A stretch of 44,265 bases of DNA from Flexilinea sp. Its GTDB lineage: Bacteria; Bacillota; Clostridia; Peptostreptococcales; Anaerovoracaceae. Position numbers and translations under genes: made by a program. The stretch is from the NCBI GenBank assembly GCA_963631945.1, contig CAVGSW010000001.1:1-44265 (forward strand). The letters are read 5' to 3'. Positions 17,853 to 27,641 of the stretch are shown piece after piece (within the stretch, counting starts at the first letter, position 1; each line of letters starts with the position of its first letter). The notes beneath the pieces are model-generated. The model was not told where the DNA came from, did not search any database, and saw only the letters and a program-made list of their open reading frames with translations.

Positions 17853-19607
17853 ATGGGAAAAGTACATGTAACAATTGACGGAATACAGGTTTATGTTCCA
17901 GATACGTATACCATCTTGGAAGCGGCCAAGGAAATCAACATTCACATTCCGACCCTCTGCTTTCTGAAGGACGTCAGCGAAATCGGCTGCTGCAGAATGT
18001 GCCTCGTGGAAGTCAAGGGCTCCCGCGCGTTGCAGGCGGCATGCGGCTATCCAGTAAAGGACGGCATGGAAGTAAAGACGCACACGCCAGAGATCATGAA
18101 AGTCAGACAAAAGAATTTGGAGCTGATTTTATCGAATCACCCGGCAAGATGCCAGAGCTGCACCAGAGCTAACTCTTGCGAGCTGCAGATTCTGACGGAT
18201 ATGATGGACGTACATTTCGAAAATTATGTAAAATATCAAGAGCAAATCACCGCAGACCTGCCACTGTGTATCGACGACGGCATCTCGATTCAAAGAGACC
18301 CGAATCGCTGCATTCTCTGCAGACGATGCGTGAGCATGTGCAATAATATTCAGACAGTTGGCGCGATTTCAGCGATTAACCGCGGTTATCATACGGTAAT
18401 CGGAGCGGCAGAGAATCGCACGCTCGATGCTACAGTCTGCGTAAACTGCGGACAGTGCATCAACGTTTGCCCAACCGGCGCACTGCAGGAGCATCGCAAT
18501 ATCGATGAAGTATGGGATGCGCTTTATGATCCAGAAAAACACGTTGTCGTACAGACGGCTCCAGCTGTTCGTGCGGCGCTCGGCGAAGAATTCGGTAATC
18601 CAATCGGTACAGATGTGACGGGTAAGATGGTGACTGCACTGAGAATGCTAGGCTTCGACAAGGTATTCGATACGGACACCGCAGCGGATTTGACCATCAT
18701 GGAAGAGGGCACGGAGCTCATAGACCGCATTCGCGGCGGCGGCGTGCTGCCTCTGATCACATCCTGCTCGCCAGGTTGGATCAAGTTCTGCGAACACAAC
18801 TTCCCAGAAATGCTGCCGAATCTTTCGACATGCAAATCGCCGCATCAGATGATGGGCGCAATCATCAAGAGCTATTACGCAGAGAAAAACGACATCGACC
18901 CGAAGTCAATCTACGTGGTTTCCGTTATGCCATGCGTAGCGAAGAAATATGAAGCGCAGAGACCAGAGCTTTCGGTCAACGGACTTGCAGATGTAGACGC
19001 GGTTATCACGACGAGAGAACTTGCACGTATGATCAAAATGATCGGTATCGACTTCAATGCTCTCGGCGAAGGAGAGTTCGACAATCCGCTCGGCATATCG
19101 ACAGGCGCAGGTCTGATTTTCGGTACGACTGGCGGCGTAATGGAAGCAGCGCTCAGAACGGTAGCGGATCTTCTCAACGGCACAAGCTCCGATGCTATAG
19201 ACTATGTGCAGGTACGTGGCATAGAAGACGGAATCAAGATTGCTGAAGTCGAGATTGCTGACCTGAAGCTCAGGGCGGCGGTCGCACACGGACTTGGAAA
19301 TGCGCGTAGGCTCATCGAGCGCGTCAAGGCAGGAGAACACTTTGACTTTATCGAAATCATGGCTTGCCCAGGCGGCTGCATCAACGGTGGCGGACAGCCA
19401 CTCCAGGTTTCCGACGTGCGCAACTGGGTAGACTTTAAGGAAAAACGCGCCAGCGCCCTCTACAAAGGCGACCGCGAAAAGTATATACGCAAGGCGCATA
19501 ACAACCCGACAGTCAAGAAGCTCTACAAGGAGTACCTCGGCATGGCAGGCGGCATGCGCTCGCACCAGCTGCTGCACACCCACTACACCGACCGCAGCGA
19601 CATCTAA
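17853..19607 (+). CDS. hydA: [FeFe]-hydrogenase catalytic subunit (HydA/alpha, group A3 architecture)
   Basis: H-cluster motifs TSCSPGW, MPCVAKKYE, EIMACPGGCINGGG; N-terminal 2Fe-2S, HxxxCxxC and 2x4Fe-4S; ATG 17853 with AGGGGG SD. Confidence 0.95.
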   Translation: MGKVHVTIDGIQVYVPDTYTILEAAKEINIHIPTLCFLKDVSEIGCCRMCLVEVKGSRALQAACGYPVKDGMEVKTHTPEIMKVRQKNLELILSNHPARCQSCTRANSCELQILTDMMDVHFENYVKYQEQITADLPLCIDDGISIQRDPNRCILCRRCVSMCNNIQTVGAISAINRGYHTVIGAAENRTLDATVCVNCGQCINVCPTGALQEHRNIDEVWDALYDPEKHVVVQTAPAVRAALGEEFGNPIGTDVTGKMVTALRMLGFDKVFDTDTAADLTIMEEGTELIDRIRGGGVLPLITSCSPGWIKFCEHNFPEMLPNLSTCKSPHQMMGAIIKSYYAEKNDIDPKSIYVVSVMPCVAKKYEAQRPELSVNGLADVDAVITTRELARMIKMIGIDFNALGEGEFDNPLGISTGAGLIFGTTGGVMEAALRTVADLLNGTSSDAIDYVQVRGIEDGIKIAEVEIADLKLRAAVAHGLGNARRLIERVKAGEHFDFIEIMACPGGCINGGGQPLQVSDVRNWVDFKEKRASALYKGDREKYIRKAHNNPTVKKLYKEYLGMAGGMRSHQLLHTHYTDRSDI

Positions 19608-19613
19608 GCGCAT

Positions 19614-19660
19614 AAAAAACGAAGAGCTAAGAATTTGAAACATAATCCTTAGCTCTTTTA
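19614..19660. terminator. Bidirectional terminator between hydA and prfC
   Basis: AAGAGCTAAG...CTTAGCTCTT stem with flanking A- and T-runs. Confidence 0.75.
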
Positions 19661-19747
19661 CTTAGAATCTTAAAACTTGGAACTTCAAACTGGAAAACTT
19701 AAAAAACTCCACTCTCCACTCTCCAAACTCCACACTTCTTCAAACTC
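19660..19747. repeat. Bipartite heptamer array (copy 3): AACTTGG-like units then CTCTCCA units
   Basis: cttagaa tcttaaa acttgga acttcaa actggaa ... aactcca ctctcca ctctcca aactcca. Confidence 0.8.
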
Positions 19748-19772
19748 GAATTAAGCCCTAAGTCAATCCAGC

Positions 19773-21365
19773 TTAATTCGTGACGTCGAGCGCTTCGATA
19801 AGCTTAATCTCCGGATGCTTCTCACTGAAGTACTGCAGAGTAAACTGATTTGCAAACAGCACGATAGGACGCTTGAAATGGTCGAACACGAGCATCTCTC
19901 TCGAGTCGAGTGCGTCCTTAACTGTGTCGAGATCACTGTTCTCCTTCGTGTCGATCCATCTCGCAACGCTGAAGTCGAGCCTGTCCATGCGAACCTCGGC
20001 ATTGTACTCGTTCTTCAGGCGGTATTCGAATACTTCGAACTGGAGCTGACCAACGGCGCCGATTACAACTTCGTTATACTGATTTCTGTAGACCTGAACG
20101 GCACCTTCCTGAGCGAGCTGGTCAACGCCTTTCTGGAACTGCTTTGCCTTCATCGTGTCCTTCGGCATAACGAGGCAGAAAAGCTCAGGTGGGAATGTCG
20201 GAAGCGGCTCGAAGAAAAGCGGATCCTTCGTCGTGGTCAGCGTGTCGCCAATCTGATAATTTCCTGTATCATAAATTCCGATTATATCGCCAGCGATTGC
20301 TGTTTCAACGTTTTCGCGCTCGTTCGCCATGAGCATGGTCGACTGAGCAAGCTTCATTTCCTTGCCAGTTCTGGAGAGACGAACGCTCATGCCGCGCTCA
20401 AACGTTCCGGAGCAAACTCTAAGGAAAGCAAGCCTATCGCGGTGAGCAGGGTTCATGTTCGCCTGGATTTTAAATATAAATCCACTGAAGAAATCATCCG
20501 TCGGCAGAACTTCGCCATCCGTGGTCTTACGAGCGCCAGGAGCAGGGGACATCACGAGGAAATGCTCCAGGAACGAAGTCGTTCCAAAGTCCGCAAGCGC
20601 TGACCCGAAGAAAACAGGGGAGAGCTTGCCAGCGGTAACTTTCTCCATGTCGAGGTCGTTTCCCGCACCCTGAATGAGCTCAATCTCATCGCGGAGAGCC
20701 GAAAGGTTATATCCAGCGATTTTGTCCTCGAGTTCAGGACCGAACACTCCGTCATCGCCAAGCGCGATAACTTCTGTTTCCTTGCCATTTTTGTAGAGGC
20801 GGACTTCATTTTTCAGGATATCGTAAATTCCTTCGAAGTTCATGCCATTTCCGATAGGCCAAGTGATTGGAACGGAAGGAAGGCCGAGAACGTCTTCGAG
20901 CTCCTGCACGAGGTCGAACGGATCCTTTGTTTCTCTATCTATTTTGTTGATGAACGTGAAGATTGGAATTCCGCGCATGGAGCAGACTTTGAAGAGCTTC
21001 TTCGTCTGTGCCTCAATACCTTTTGCTCCGTCGATAACCATGACCGCGCTGTCTACGGAAGTTAGGATTCTGTACGTATCCTCACCGAAGTCGTTGTGGC
21101 CTGGCGTATCCATGATGGAAATGACCTTGTCTGCGTATTCGAATTGCATGACGGAGGACGTAACGGAAATTCCTCTTTGTTTCTCGATTTCCATCCAGTC
21201 GGATGTTGCAAATTTGCTGTTTCTGCGGGCTTTGACCGTGCCCGCTTGGCGAATTGCGCCGCCGTGCAGCAAGAGTTTCTCAGTCAGAGTCGTTTTACCT
21301 GCGTCCGGGTGGGAAATGATGCCGAAAATCCTTCTTCTATTGATTTCTTCTAAACGAGTTGCCAT
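19773..21365 (-). CDS. prfC: Peptide chain release factor 3
   Basis: IISHPDAGKTTLTEKLL, SDWMEIEKQRGISV, DTPGH, FKIQANMNPAHRDR, GAVGQLQFEV; ATG 21365 with AAAGGA SD. Confidence 0.97.
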   Translation of the reverse strand: MATRLEEINRRRIFGIISHPDAGKTTLTEKLLLHGGAIRQAGTVKARRNSKFATSDWMEIEKQRGISVTSSVMQFEYADKVISIMDTPGHNDFGEDTYRILTSVDSAVMVIDGAKGIEAQTKKLFKVCSMRGIPIFTFINKIDRETKDPFDLVQELEDVLGLPSVPITWPIGNGMNFEGIYDILKNEVRLYKNGKETEVIALGDDGVFGPELEDKIAGYNLSALRDEIELIQGAGNDLDMEKVTAGKLSPVFFGSALADFGTTSFLEHFLVMSPAPGARKTTDGEVLPTDDFFSGFIFKIQANMNPAHRDRLAFLRVCSGTFERGMSVRLSRTGKEMKLAQSTMLMANERENVETAIAGDIIGIYDTGNYQIGDTLTTTKDPLFFEPLPTFPPELFCLVMPKDTMKAKQFQKGVDQLAQEGAVQVYRNQYNEVVIGAVGQLQFEVFEYRLKNEYNAEVRMDRLDFSVARWIDTKENSDLDTVKDALDSREMLVFDHFKRPIVLFANQFTLQYFSEKHPEIKLIEALDVTN

Positions 21366-21441
21366 ATATATGAATCCTTTCACATGATAATTGACAATAA
21401 AAAATAGTAGTGGCGATAATCACCAAAACTTCATATTTAAT

Positions 21442-21485
21442 ATAATACCATAAATCTTGAATTTGTAAATATAATCTTGTATAAT
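21442..21485. promoter_or_regulatory. Overlapping divergent promoters for prfC (-) and the MATE gene (+)
   Basis: Plus strand TTGAAT-17bp-TATAAT (21457-21485); minus strand TTTACA-16bp-TATTAT with TG (21469-21442). Confidence 0.5.
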
Positions 21486-21517
21486 ATCTCTTTGTGAATT
21501 ATATGAAGAGGTAAGAA

Positions 21518-22915
21518 ATGAAAGAAAATTTAGAGGTTCAGAATTCAGAAAAACTCGTTGACGAAACAGAGCACATCAACAAAATGGGCGTAATGCCGAT
21601 TAAGAAATTGCTCCTTGACATGGCATGGCCAGCGATTTTGTCGATGACGATAAACGCGCTGTACAATATCGTAGACAGCATATTCGTAGCGCAGATAAGC
21701 GAAGACGCACTGACTGCGGTTTCGATAGTAAACCCGATTCAGATGCTCATCATCGCGCTTTCAGTAGGCAGCGGCGTAGGCATAAATTCGCTCATAGCTA
21801 GAAGACTCGGAGCCCGCAACCAGGAGGCGGCTGACCAGGCGGCGAGCACAGGCCTGAGAATCGGCGTGCTGAACTACTTCGTGTTCCTGATCGTCGGCAT
21901 TTTCTTCACAGGAATATTCGTATCGGGATATGCTGAGAAGGGTACATTCATATATGAGGAAGCATGCAAATACATGGCAATCGTAACGATTGGCTCGTTT
22001 TTCCTTAACGTAGAAGTCGTATTCGAGAAAATCCTGCAGGCGACGGGCAACATGATGGCGCCGATGTTCTGCAGCTTGACGGGTGCAGTTGTAAACATCA
22101 TCCTCGATCCAATACTCATCTTCGGGCTGCTCGGAGCACCAGAGATGGGAGTTGCAGGTGCTGCAATTGCAACGGTTATCGGACAGGTTTGCAGCATGAT
22201 AGTGGGTGCAATCGTTATTTTCCGCGGAGATCATCTCGTATCGATTAAGATAAAGGGCTTCAAGGTCGACTGGAAAATCGTTGCTGATATATATAAGGTA
22301 GGCCTTCCGTCAATCGTAATGCAGTCGATCGGTTCGGTCATGATCATATTCTACAACATGATTTTGGTAGCGTACTCGTCGACAGCGGTTGCGGTTCTGG
22401 GTGTATACTTCAAGATTCAGTCGTTCGTATTCATGCCGGTATTTGGTCTCAACCAAGGCGCAATGCCGATCATGGGCTACAACTACGGCGCACGCAACAA
22501 GGATAGACTCATGCTCGCATACAAGGAAGCCCTCAAGGTTGCAATCGTTGTTATGACACTCGGAACTCTCATTTTCCAGACGCTTCCGACTCAGCTTTTG
22601 TTAATGTTCGATGCATCGGATGAGATGCTCGCTATCGGCGTGCCGGCGCTGAGAATCATCAGTATTTGCTTCATTCCAGCGGCATTCGGCATCATCAACG
22701 GAACGCTGTTCCAGGGCACTGGACACGGCATATATAGCCTCATGTGCTCACTGATCAGACAGCTCGTCGGCATCCTGCCGCTCGCGTATATTCTCATCAG
22801 AATCGGTGGCGTAACGCTCTCATGGGCATCGTTCCCACTGGCAGAGGCTATCGGCTTGGTATATAGTGCGCTCATGCTCCGCAAGCTCTATAGAAACGAA
22901 ATCAAGAACATGTAG
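21518..22915 (+). CDS. MATE family efflux transporter
   Basis: LYNIVDSIFV, NIILDPILIFG..G.PEMGVAGAAIATVIGQ, GYNYGA; about 12 TMs. Confidence 0.93.
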   Translation: MKENLEVQNSEKLVDETEHINKMGVMPIKKLLLDMAWPAILSMTINALYNIVDSIFVAQISEDALTAVSIVNPIQMLIIALSVGSGVGINSLIARRLGARNQEAADQAASTGLRIGVLNYFVFLIVGIFFTGIFVSGYAEKGTFIYEEACKYMAIVTIGSFFLNVEVVFEKILQATGNMMAPMFCSLTGAVVNIILDPILIFGLLGAPEMGVAGAAIATVIGQVCSMIVGAIVIFRGDHLVSIKIKGFKVDWKIVADIYKVGLPSIVMQSIGSVMIIFYNMILVAYSSTAVAVLGVYFKIQSFVFMPVFGLNQGAMPIMGYNYGARNKDRLMLAYKEALKVAIVVMTLGTLIFQTLPTQLLLMFDASDEMLAIGVPALRIISICFIPAAFGIINGTLFQGTGHGIYSLMCSLIRQLVGILPLAYILIRIGGVTLSWASFPLAEAIGLVYSALMLRKLYRNEIKNM

Positions 22916-23061
22916 CAAAGAGTACGCAAGAACAAAATATAAACAATAAGCAAAATAAGTGCAAAACACGAACATTACACGCCTAGACAAATAGGCAACG
23001 TTCGGGCGTGCTAAAATTGTGCTAAAATTTCATACGAAAAATGACTGAAACCATTGCAAAT

Positions 23062-23096
23062 AAAGGTGTTAGGGCGAATAACCTTAACACCTTTTT
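23062..23096 (+). terminator. Intrinsic terminator downstream of the MATE gene
   Basis: AAAGGTGTTAGGG-cgaataa-CCTTAACACCTTTTT. Confidence 0.75.
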
Positions 23097-23267
23097 AACG
23101 TGAATTTTCCTGATTTAGTGATAGAATTATATTAGGCAAATTGTAAAATCTCAAGGAAAAAGTCGGATTATCTTAGATTTTTTCCAAACGAAGAAATGCT
23201 GGAAATTAGCGACATTTCAAGACGGATTTTATCAAAAACCTTCAGACATAAAGATGAGGAAAAAAAG

Positions 23268-26200
23268 ATGAGATTAGGAATTGACGTTGGTTCAACAACC
23301 GTAAAATTGGTTTTACTAGATGACAATGGCAGAATAATTTACAGCAGATACGAACGCCATATGTCTAGTGTATTTAGCAAAGTAAGCGAGCTCCTGGAGA
23401 ATTTGCTGGCAGAGAAAGGCGATATTGAGATCAAGCCTGTAATCACCGGCTCTGGTGGCCTGTCGCTCGCAGAGAAAATCGGTGCAAAGTTCGAGCAAGA
23501 AGTTGTTACATGCTCGCTCGCAGTTCAGAGGCTCATTCCGCAGACAGACGTAGTAATTGAGCTTGGCGGCGAAGACGCGAAGATCACATACTTCGGCAAC
23601 ACCGTGGAGCAGCGTATGAACGGAACATGCGCAGGCGGCACGGGCGCGTTCATCGACCAGATGGCTATACTTCTGAACACAGACGCTGCGGGACTTAACG
23701 AAGCAGCGAAGAATTACGATACGATTTATCCAATCGCGGCTCGCTGCGGCGTATTTGCAAAGACAGACATTCAGCCCCTCATCAACGAAGGAGCGCCAAT
23801 AGAGAACTTGGCCGCATCCATCTTCCAGGCAGTAGTAAATCAGACGATAAGCGGCCTCGCATGCGGACATAAGATCCGCGGAAACGTGGCATTCCTCGGT
23901 GGCCCGCTGACATACCTTTCAGAATTAAGAAAAAGATTCGCAGAGACACTCGAGCTCGAGCCGGAAGAGATCATCTTCCCAGAGAACTCGAAGTATTTCG
24001 TTGCAATCGGCGCCGCATTCATGGCAGACAAAGAACAGAGCATCCAGCTCAGCGAGCTCCTCGACAGGATCCAGCATACTGATGTAAATGCTGGCCTTTC
24101 GACCAAACACGTTGAGGCGCTGTTCGCAAGCGACGCAGAATACGAAGAATTCAAGGAAAGACACGCGAGAGCTAAGGTTCGCCGCAAAGAACTCTCAGAG
24201 AGTAGCGGCCCGCTTTTCCTCGGAATAGACGCAGGCTCCACTACGACGAAGTCCGCACTCATCGACCGCGAAGGCAATTTATTATACTCATTCTACAAAA
24301 ATAACGAAGGCAATCCGCTCGAGTCCACGAGACAGATGCTCACAGACCTTTATTCGAAGATGCCAGAGAACGCATATATCGCAAACACGACGGTAACTGG
24401 CTACGGTGAAGGCCTCATCAAGGCTGGCTTCCGTGCAGACTTCGGCATCATCGAGACGATGGCTCACTACAAGGGCGCAGAGGAATTCCTGCCAGGCGTT
24501 GACTTTATCCTCGACATCGGCGGACAGGACATGAAGTGCATGAGAATCAAAGACCATGCGATTTACAGCATCATGCTGAACGAAGCATGCTCCTCTGGCT
24601 GCGGATCCTTTATCGAAACATACGCAAAGTCGGTTAACATGCCGGTTGAAGAGTTCGCGAAAGTTGGTTTACATTCCAAGAATCCTGTAGACCTCGGCAC
24701 GAGATGCACGGTATTCATGAACTCCATGGTTAAGCAGGCGCAGAAGGAAGGCGCAAGCATTGGCGACATCGCTGCAGGTCTGTCATACTCAGTAATCAAG
24801 AACGCATTATATAAAGTTATCAAACTCAGAAACCCAGACGAAGCAGGCGAGAAAATCGTCGTTCAAGGCGGCACATTCCTCAACGAATCCGTGCTCAGAG
24901 CAATTGAGAAAGTTCTCGGCAAGGACGTCGTTCGTCCTGACATAGCAGGAATCATGGGCGCATACGGTTGCGCACTCAACTCGAAGGCGAACTGGTCGGA
25001 AGGCTATAGGTCGACGATTCTCAGCGCAGATGAACTCGACACGTTCGGTGCAACGAGCAACAACACGAGATGCCAGGGTTGCGAGAATCGCTGCATGCTC
25101 ACGGTAACGAAATTCAACGGAAACGAAAAATACATCACAGGAAATCGCTGCGAAAAGGGAAGCGGCAAGAAGACTTCCATCAGCGATCTTCCAGATATTT
25201 ATGAATACAAGCTGAAGAGACTCTTCGGTTACAAGCCGCTCACAGAGGAAGAAGCAAGCCGCGGAAGCGTTGCAATTCCTCGTGTTTTGAACATGTACGA
25301 GAACTATCCGTTCTGGTTCACGTTCTTCACACAGCTCGGCTACAGAGTAGTTCTCTCGCCGATGTCCTCGAAGGAACTCTACGAGAAGGGAATCGACAGC
25401 ATTTCCTCCGACACGGCTTGCTACCCAGCGAAGCTCGTTCACGGCCACATCAAGACGCTCGTCGAGATGGGCCAGAAGTGGATATTCTACCCATGCATCA
25501 ACTACGAGCAGGTAGAAGACGAAAAGTCCCAGAACCATTACAATTGCCCAGTTGTAGCGACATATCCAGAGGTAATCGCAAACAACATGAGCGACATATT
25601 CCATGAATACGGAGTAGAATTCTCGCATCCGTTCGTTCCATATGATAACGATGACAGACTCATCAGAAGAATGGCAGAGATCCTCGCTCCGAAGGGCGTA
25701 ACTCGCTCAGAGGTTAAGAAGGCGGTTCGCGCAGCGAGAGCAGAGCAGCACGCATTCAAGGCCGATGTCCGCAAGGCAGGAAAGGAAGCCCTTGACTTCG
25801 CTAAGAAAAACGGCAAGAAGGCGATCATCCTCGCAGGCAGACCTTATCACCTCGACACAGAGATCAACCACGGCATAAACAAGATGATCACATCCTTTGA
25901 TATGGTCGTTCTTTCAGAGGATTCCGTATGTGAACTGAACAGCCTGCCGAGACCAATCAGAGTTCTCGACCAGTGGACATACCACTCGAGACTGTACAAG
26001 GCAGCTGATTTTGCTGGAAAGGTAGACGGCGTAGAGCTCGTACAGCTCAACTCATTCGGCTGCGGCGTAGATGCTGTAACGACGGACGAAGTAGAGGAAA
26101 TCCTTGAGAATTCCAACAAATTATATACAGTGCTGAAGATAGACGAGGGCAACAACCTCGGTGCTATAAGAATCAGAATCCGCTCGCTGAAGGCGGCGAT

Positions 26201-27641
26201 GGAAGAGCGCGACAAGAACAACGTCAAGGCTAAACATTCGGACAAGCCTTACGAGAGAGTTTTCTTTACTAAGAAAATGAAGGAAGAGTACACGCTTCTC
26301 GTTCCGCAGATGTCGCCAGTTCACTTCCAGTACCTCGAAGTTGCAATCAGAGAGTGCGGCTACAACGCAGTAATCGTGCCGACGGACGACGACCACGCAG
26401 TGGACGAAGGCCTCAAGTACGTTAACAACGACGCATGCTACCCGACGCTCGTAACGCTCGGCAAGATGATCAGCGCACTGAAGTCAGGCAATTACGACCT
26501 GAACAGGACGGCGCTCCTCATGTCGCAGACGGGCGGCGGCTGCAGAGCCAGCAACTACATCGCGCTCCTCAGAAAGGCCCTCAAGGACCTTAACATGGAG
26601 CAGGTTCCAGTTGTTTCGTTCAACACAGTCGGCCTCGAGTCCAACCCAGGTTTCAAGATCGACATCAAGATGGGCAAGCGCCTCGTAATGGCTGCTATCT
26701 ACGGCGACCTTTTCCAGAGACTCATCTATGCGACGAGACCGTACGAGAAGGAGCCTGGTTCAGCAGAAGCTATAATGAAAAAATACGAAGCGCAGATTTT
26801 CCAGAACTGCAAGGACGGCAAGCTCAGCACGTTCAAGCGCCTCATCCCACAGATCGTTGAGGAATACGACAATCTGCCGCTGTATGATATCCAGAAGCCG
26901 AAGGTAGGTGTGGTTGGAGAGATTTTGGTAAAATACCATCCAGATGCGAACAACCATATCGTTGACATAATCGAAAAAGAAGGCGGCGAGGCAGTCGTTC
27001 TGGAGCTCGTAGATTTCTTCATGTACAGCATGTATAACAAGAAATTCAACCTTGAGAAGCTTTCGGGGACGCGCAAGGCGTACATCCTCAACATGCTTGG
27101 AATCAAGTTAGTTGAATGGTTCCGCAAGCCTTACAGGAAGGCTCTGAGGGAGAGCAAGAGATTCGATGAACCTTCGCATATTCAGCAGACGGCAGAGGAA
27201 GCATCGGAGATTGCTGCACTCGGCAACCAGTGCGGCGAGGGCTGGCTCCTCACGGGCGAGATGATTGAGCTCATAAAGGGCGGAGCACCGAACATCGCGT
27301 GCTTGCAGCCATTTGCGTGCCTGCCAAATCACGTTACAGGCAAGGGCATGATGAAGGCAATCCGCGAGAGATATCCGAGTGCGAACATCGTTGCTATCGA
27401 CTACGATCCGGGCGCAAGCAATGTCAACCAGCTCAACCGAATCAAGCTGATGATGGCAACAGCGCACAAGAATTTGCAAAAGGATGAAACAAACCTCTTG
27501 AAAGTATCGGACAACAGTGATATAATGTCTGAGTTACAATACAAATACACAGAGGTTAGGAGGTGTCTCCATGGGAAGACACGGTACGATAGCGGGCAGG
27601 AAGGCCGCACAGGACTCCAAGCGAGCAGCAATGTTCACTAA
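23268..27641 (+). CDS. 2-hydroxyacyl-CoA dehydratase activator-related fusion protein (two BadF/BadG/BcrA/BcrD ASKHA ATPase domains plus DUF2229-like region)
   Basis: Two GID(V/A)GSTT motifs, ELGGED/DIGGQD, MNGTCAGGTG and LNEACSSGCG, RCGVFA/RCTVF, C-terminal QPFACLPNH; ATG 23268 with GAGG SD. The 3' end is probably overextended (see findings). Confidence 0.88.
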   Translation: MRLGIDVGSTTVKLVLLDDNGRIIYSRYERHMSSVFSKVSELLENLLAEKGDIEIKPVITGSGGLSLAEKIGAKFEQEVVTCSLAVQRLIPQTDVVIELGGEDAKITYFGNTVEQRMNGTCAGGTGAFIDQMAILLNTDAAGLNEAAKNYDTIYPIAARCGVFAKTDIQPLINEGAPIENLAASIFQAVVNQTISGLACGHKIRGNVAFLGGPLTYLSELRKRFAETLELEPEEIIFPENSKYFVAIGAAFMADKEQSIQLSELLDRIQHTDVNAGLSTKHVEALFASDAEYEEFKERHARAKVRRKELSESSGPLFLGIDAGSTTTKSALIDREGNLLYSFYKNNEGNPLESTRQMLTDLYSKMPENAYIANTTVTGYGEGLIKAGFRADFGIIETMAHYKGAEEFLPGVDFILDIGGQDMKCMRIKDHAIYSIMLNEACSSGCGSFIETYAKSVNMPVEEFAKVGLHSKNPVDLGTRCTVFMNSMVKQAQKEGASIGDIAAGLSYSVIKNALYKVIKLRNPDEAGEKIVVQGGTFLNESVLRAIEKVLGKDVVRPDIAGIMGAYGCALNSKANWSEGYRSTILSADELDTFGATSNNTRCQGCENRCMLTVTKFNGNEKYITGNRCEKGSGKKTSISDLPDIYEYKLKRLFGYKPLTEEEASRGSVAIPRVLNMYENYPFWFTFFTQLGYRVVLSPMSSKELYEKGIDSISSDTACYPAKLVHGHIKTLVEMGQKWIFYPCINYEQVEDEKSQNHYNCPVVATYPEVIANNMSDIFHEYGVEFSHPFVPYDNDDRLIRRMAEILAPKGVTRSEVKKAVRAARAEQHAFKADVRKAGKEALDFAKKNGKKAIILAGRPYHLDTEINHGINKMITSFDMVVLSEDSVCELNSLPRPIRVLDQWTYHSRLYKAADFAGKVDGVELVQLNSFGCGVDAVTTDEVEEILENSNKLYTVLKIDEGNNLGAIRIRIRSLKAAMEERDKNNVKAKHSDKPYERVFFTKKMKEEYTLLVPQMSPVHFQYLEVAIRECGYNAVIVPTDDDHAVDEGLKYVNNDACYPTLVTLGKMISALKSGNYDLNRTALLMSQTGGGCRASNYIALLRKALKDLNMEQVPVVSFNTVGLESNPGFKIDIKMGKRLVMAAIYGDLFQRLIYATRPYEKEPGSAEAIMKKYEAQIFQNCKDGKLSTFKRLIPQIVEEYDNLPLYDIQKPKVGVVGEILVKYHPDANNHIVDIIEKEGGEAVVLELVDFFMYSMYNKKFNLEKLSGTRKAYILNMLGIKLVEWFRKPYRKALRESKRFDEPSHIQQTAEEASEIAALGNQCGEGWLLTGEMIELIKGGAPNIACLQPFACLPNHVTGKGMMKAIRERYPSANIVAIDYDPGASNVNQLNRIKLMMATAHKNLQKDETNLLKVSDNSDIMSELQYKYTEVRRCLHGKTRYDSGQEGRTGLQASSNVH
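27498..27526 (+). promoter_or_regulatory. Sigma-A promoter of yebC (inside the annotated end of the upstream CDS)
   Basis: TTGAAA-17bp-TATAAT with extended TG. Confidence 0.75.

Noticed and set aside
15434..19607. Respiratory complex I nuoEFG or a formate dehydrogenase complex
   Set aside because: The third gene has all three H-cluster motifs and no molybdopterin domain; no membrane nuo genes are adjacent.
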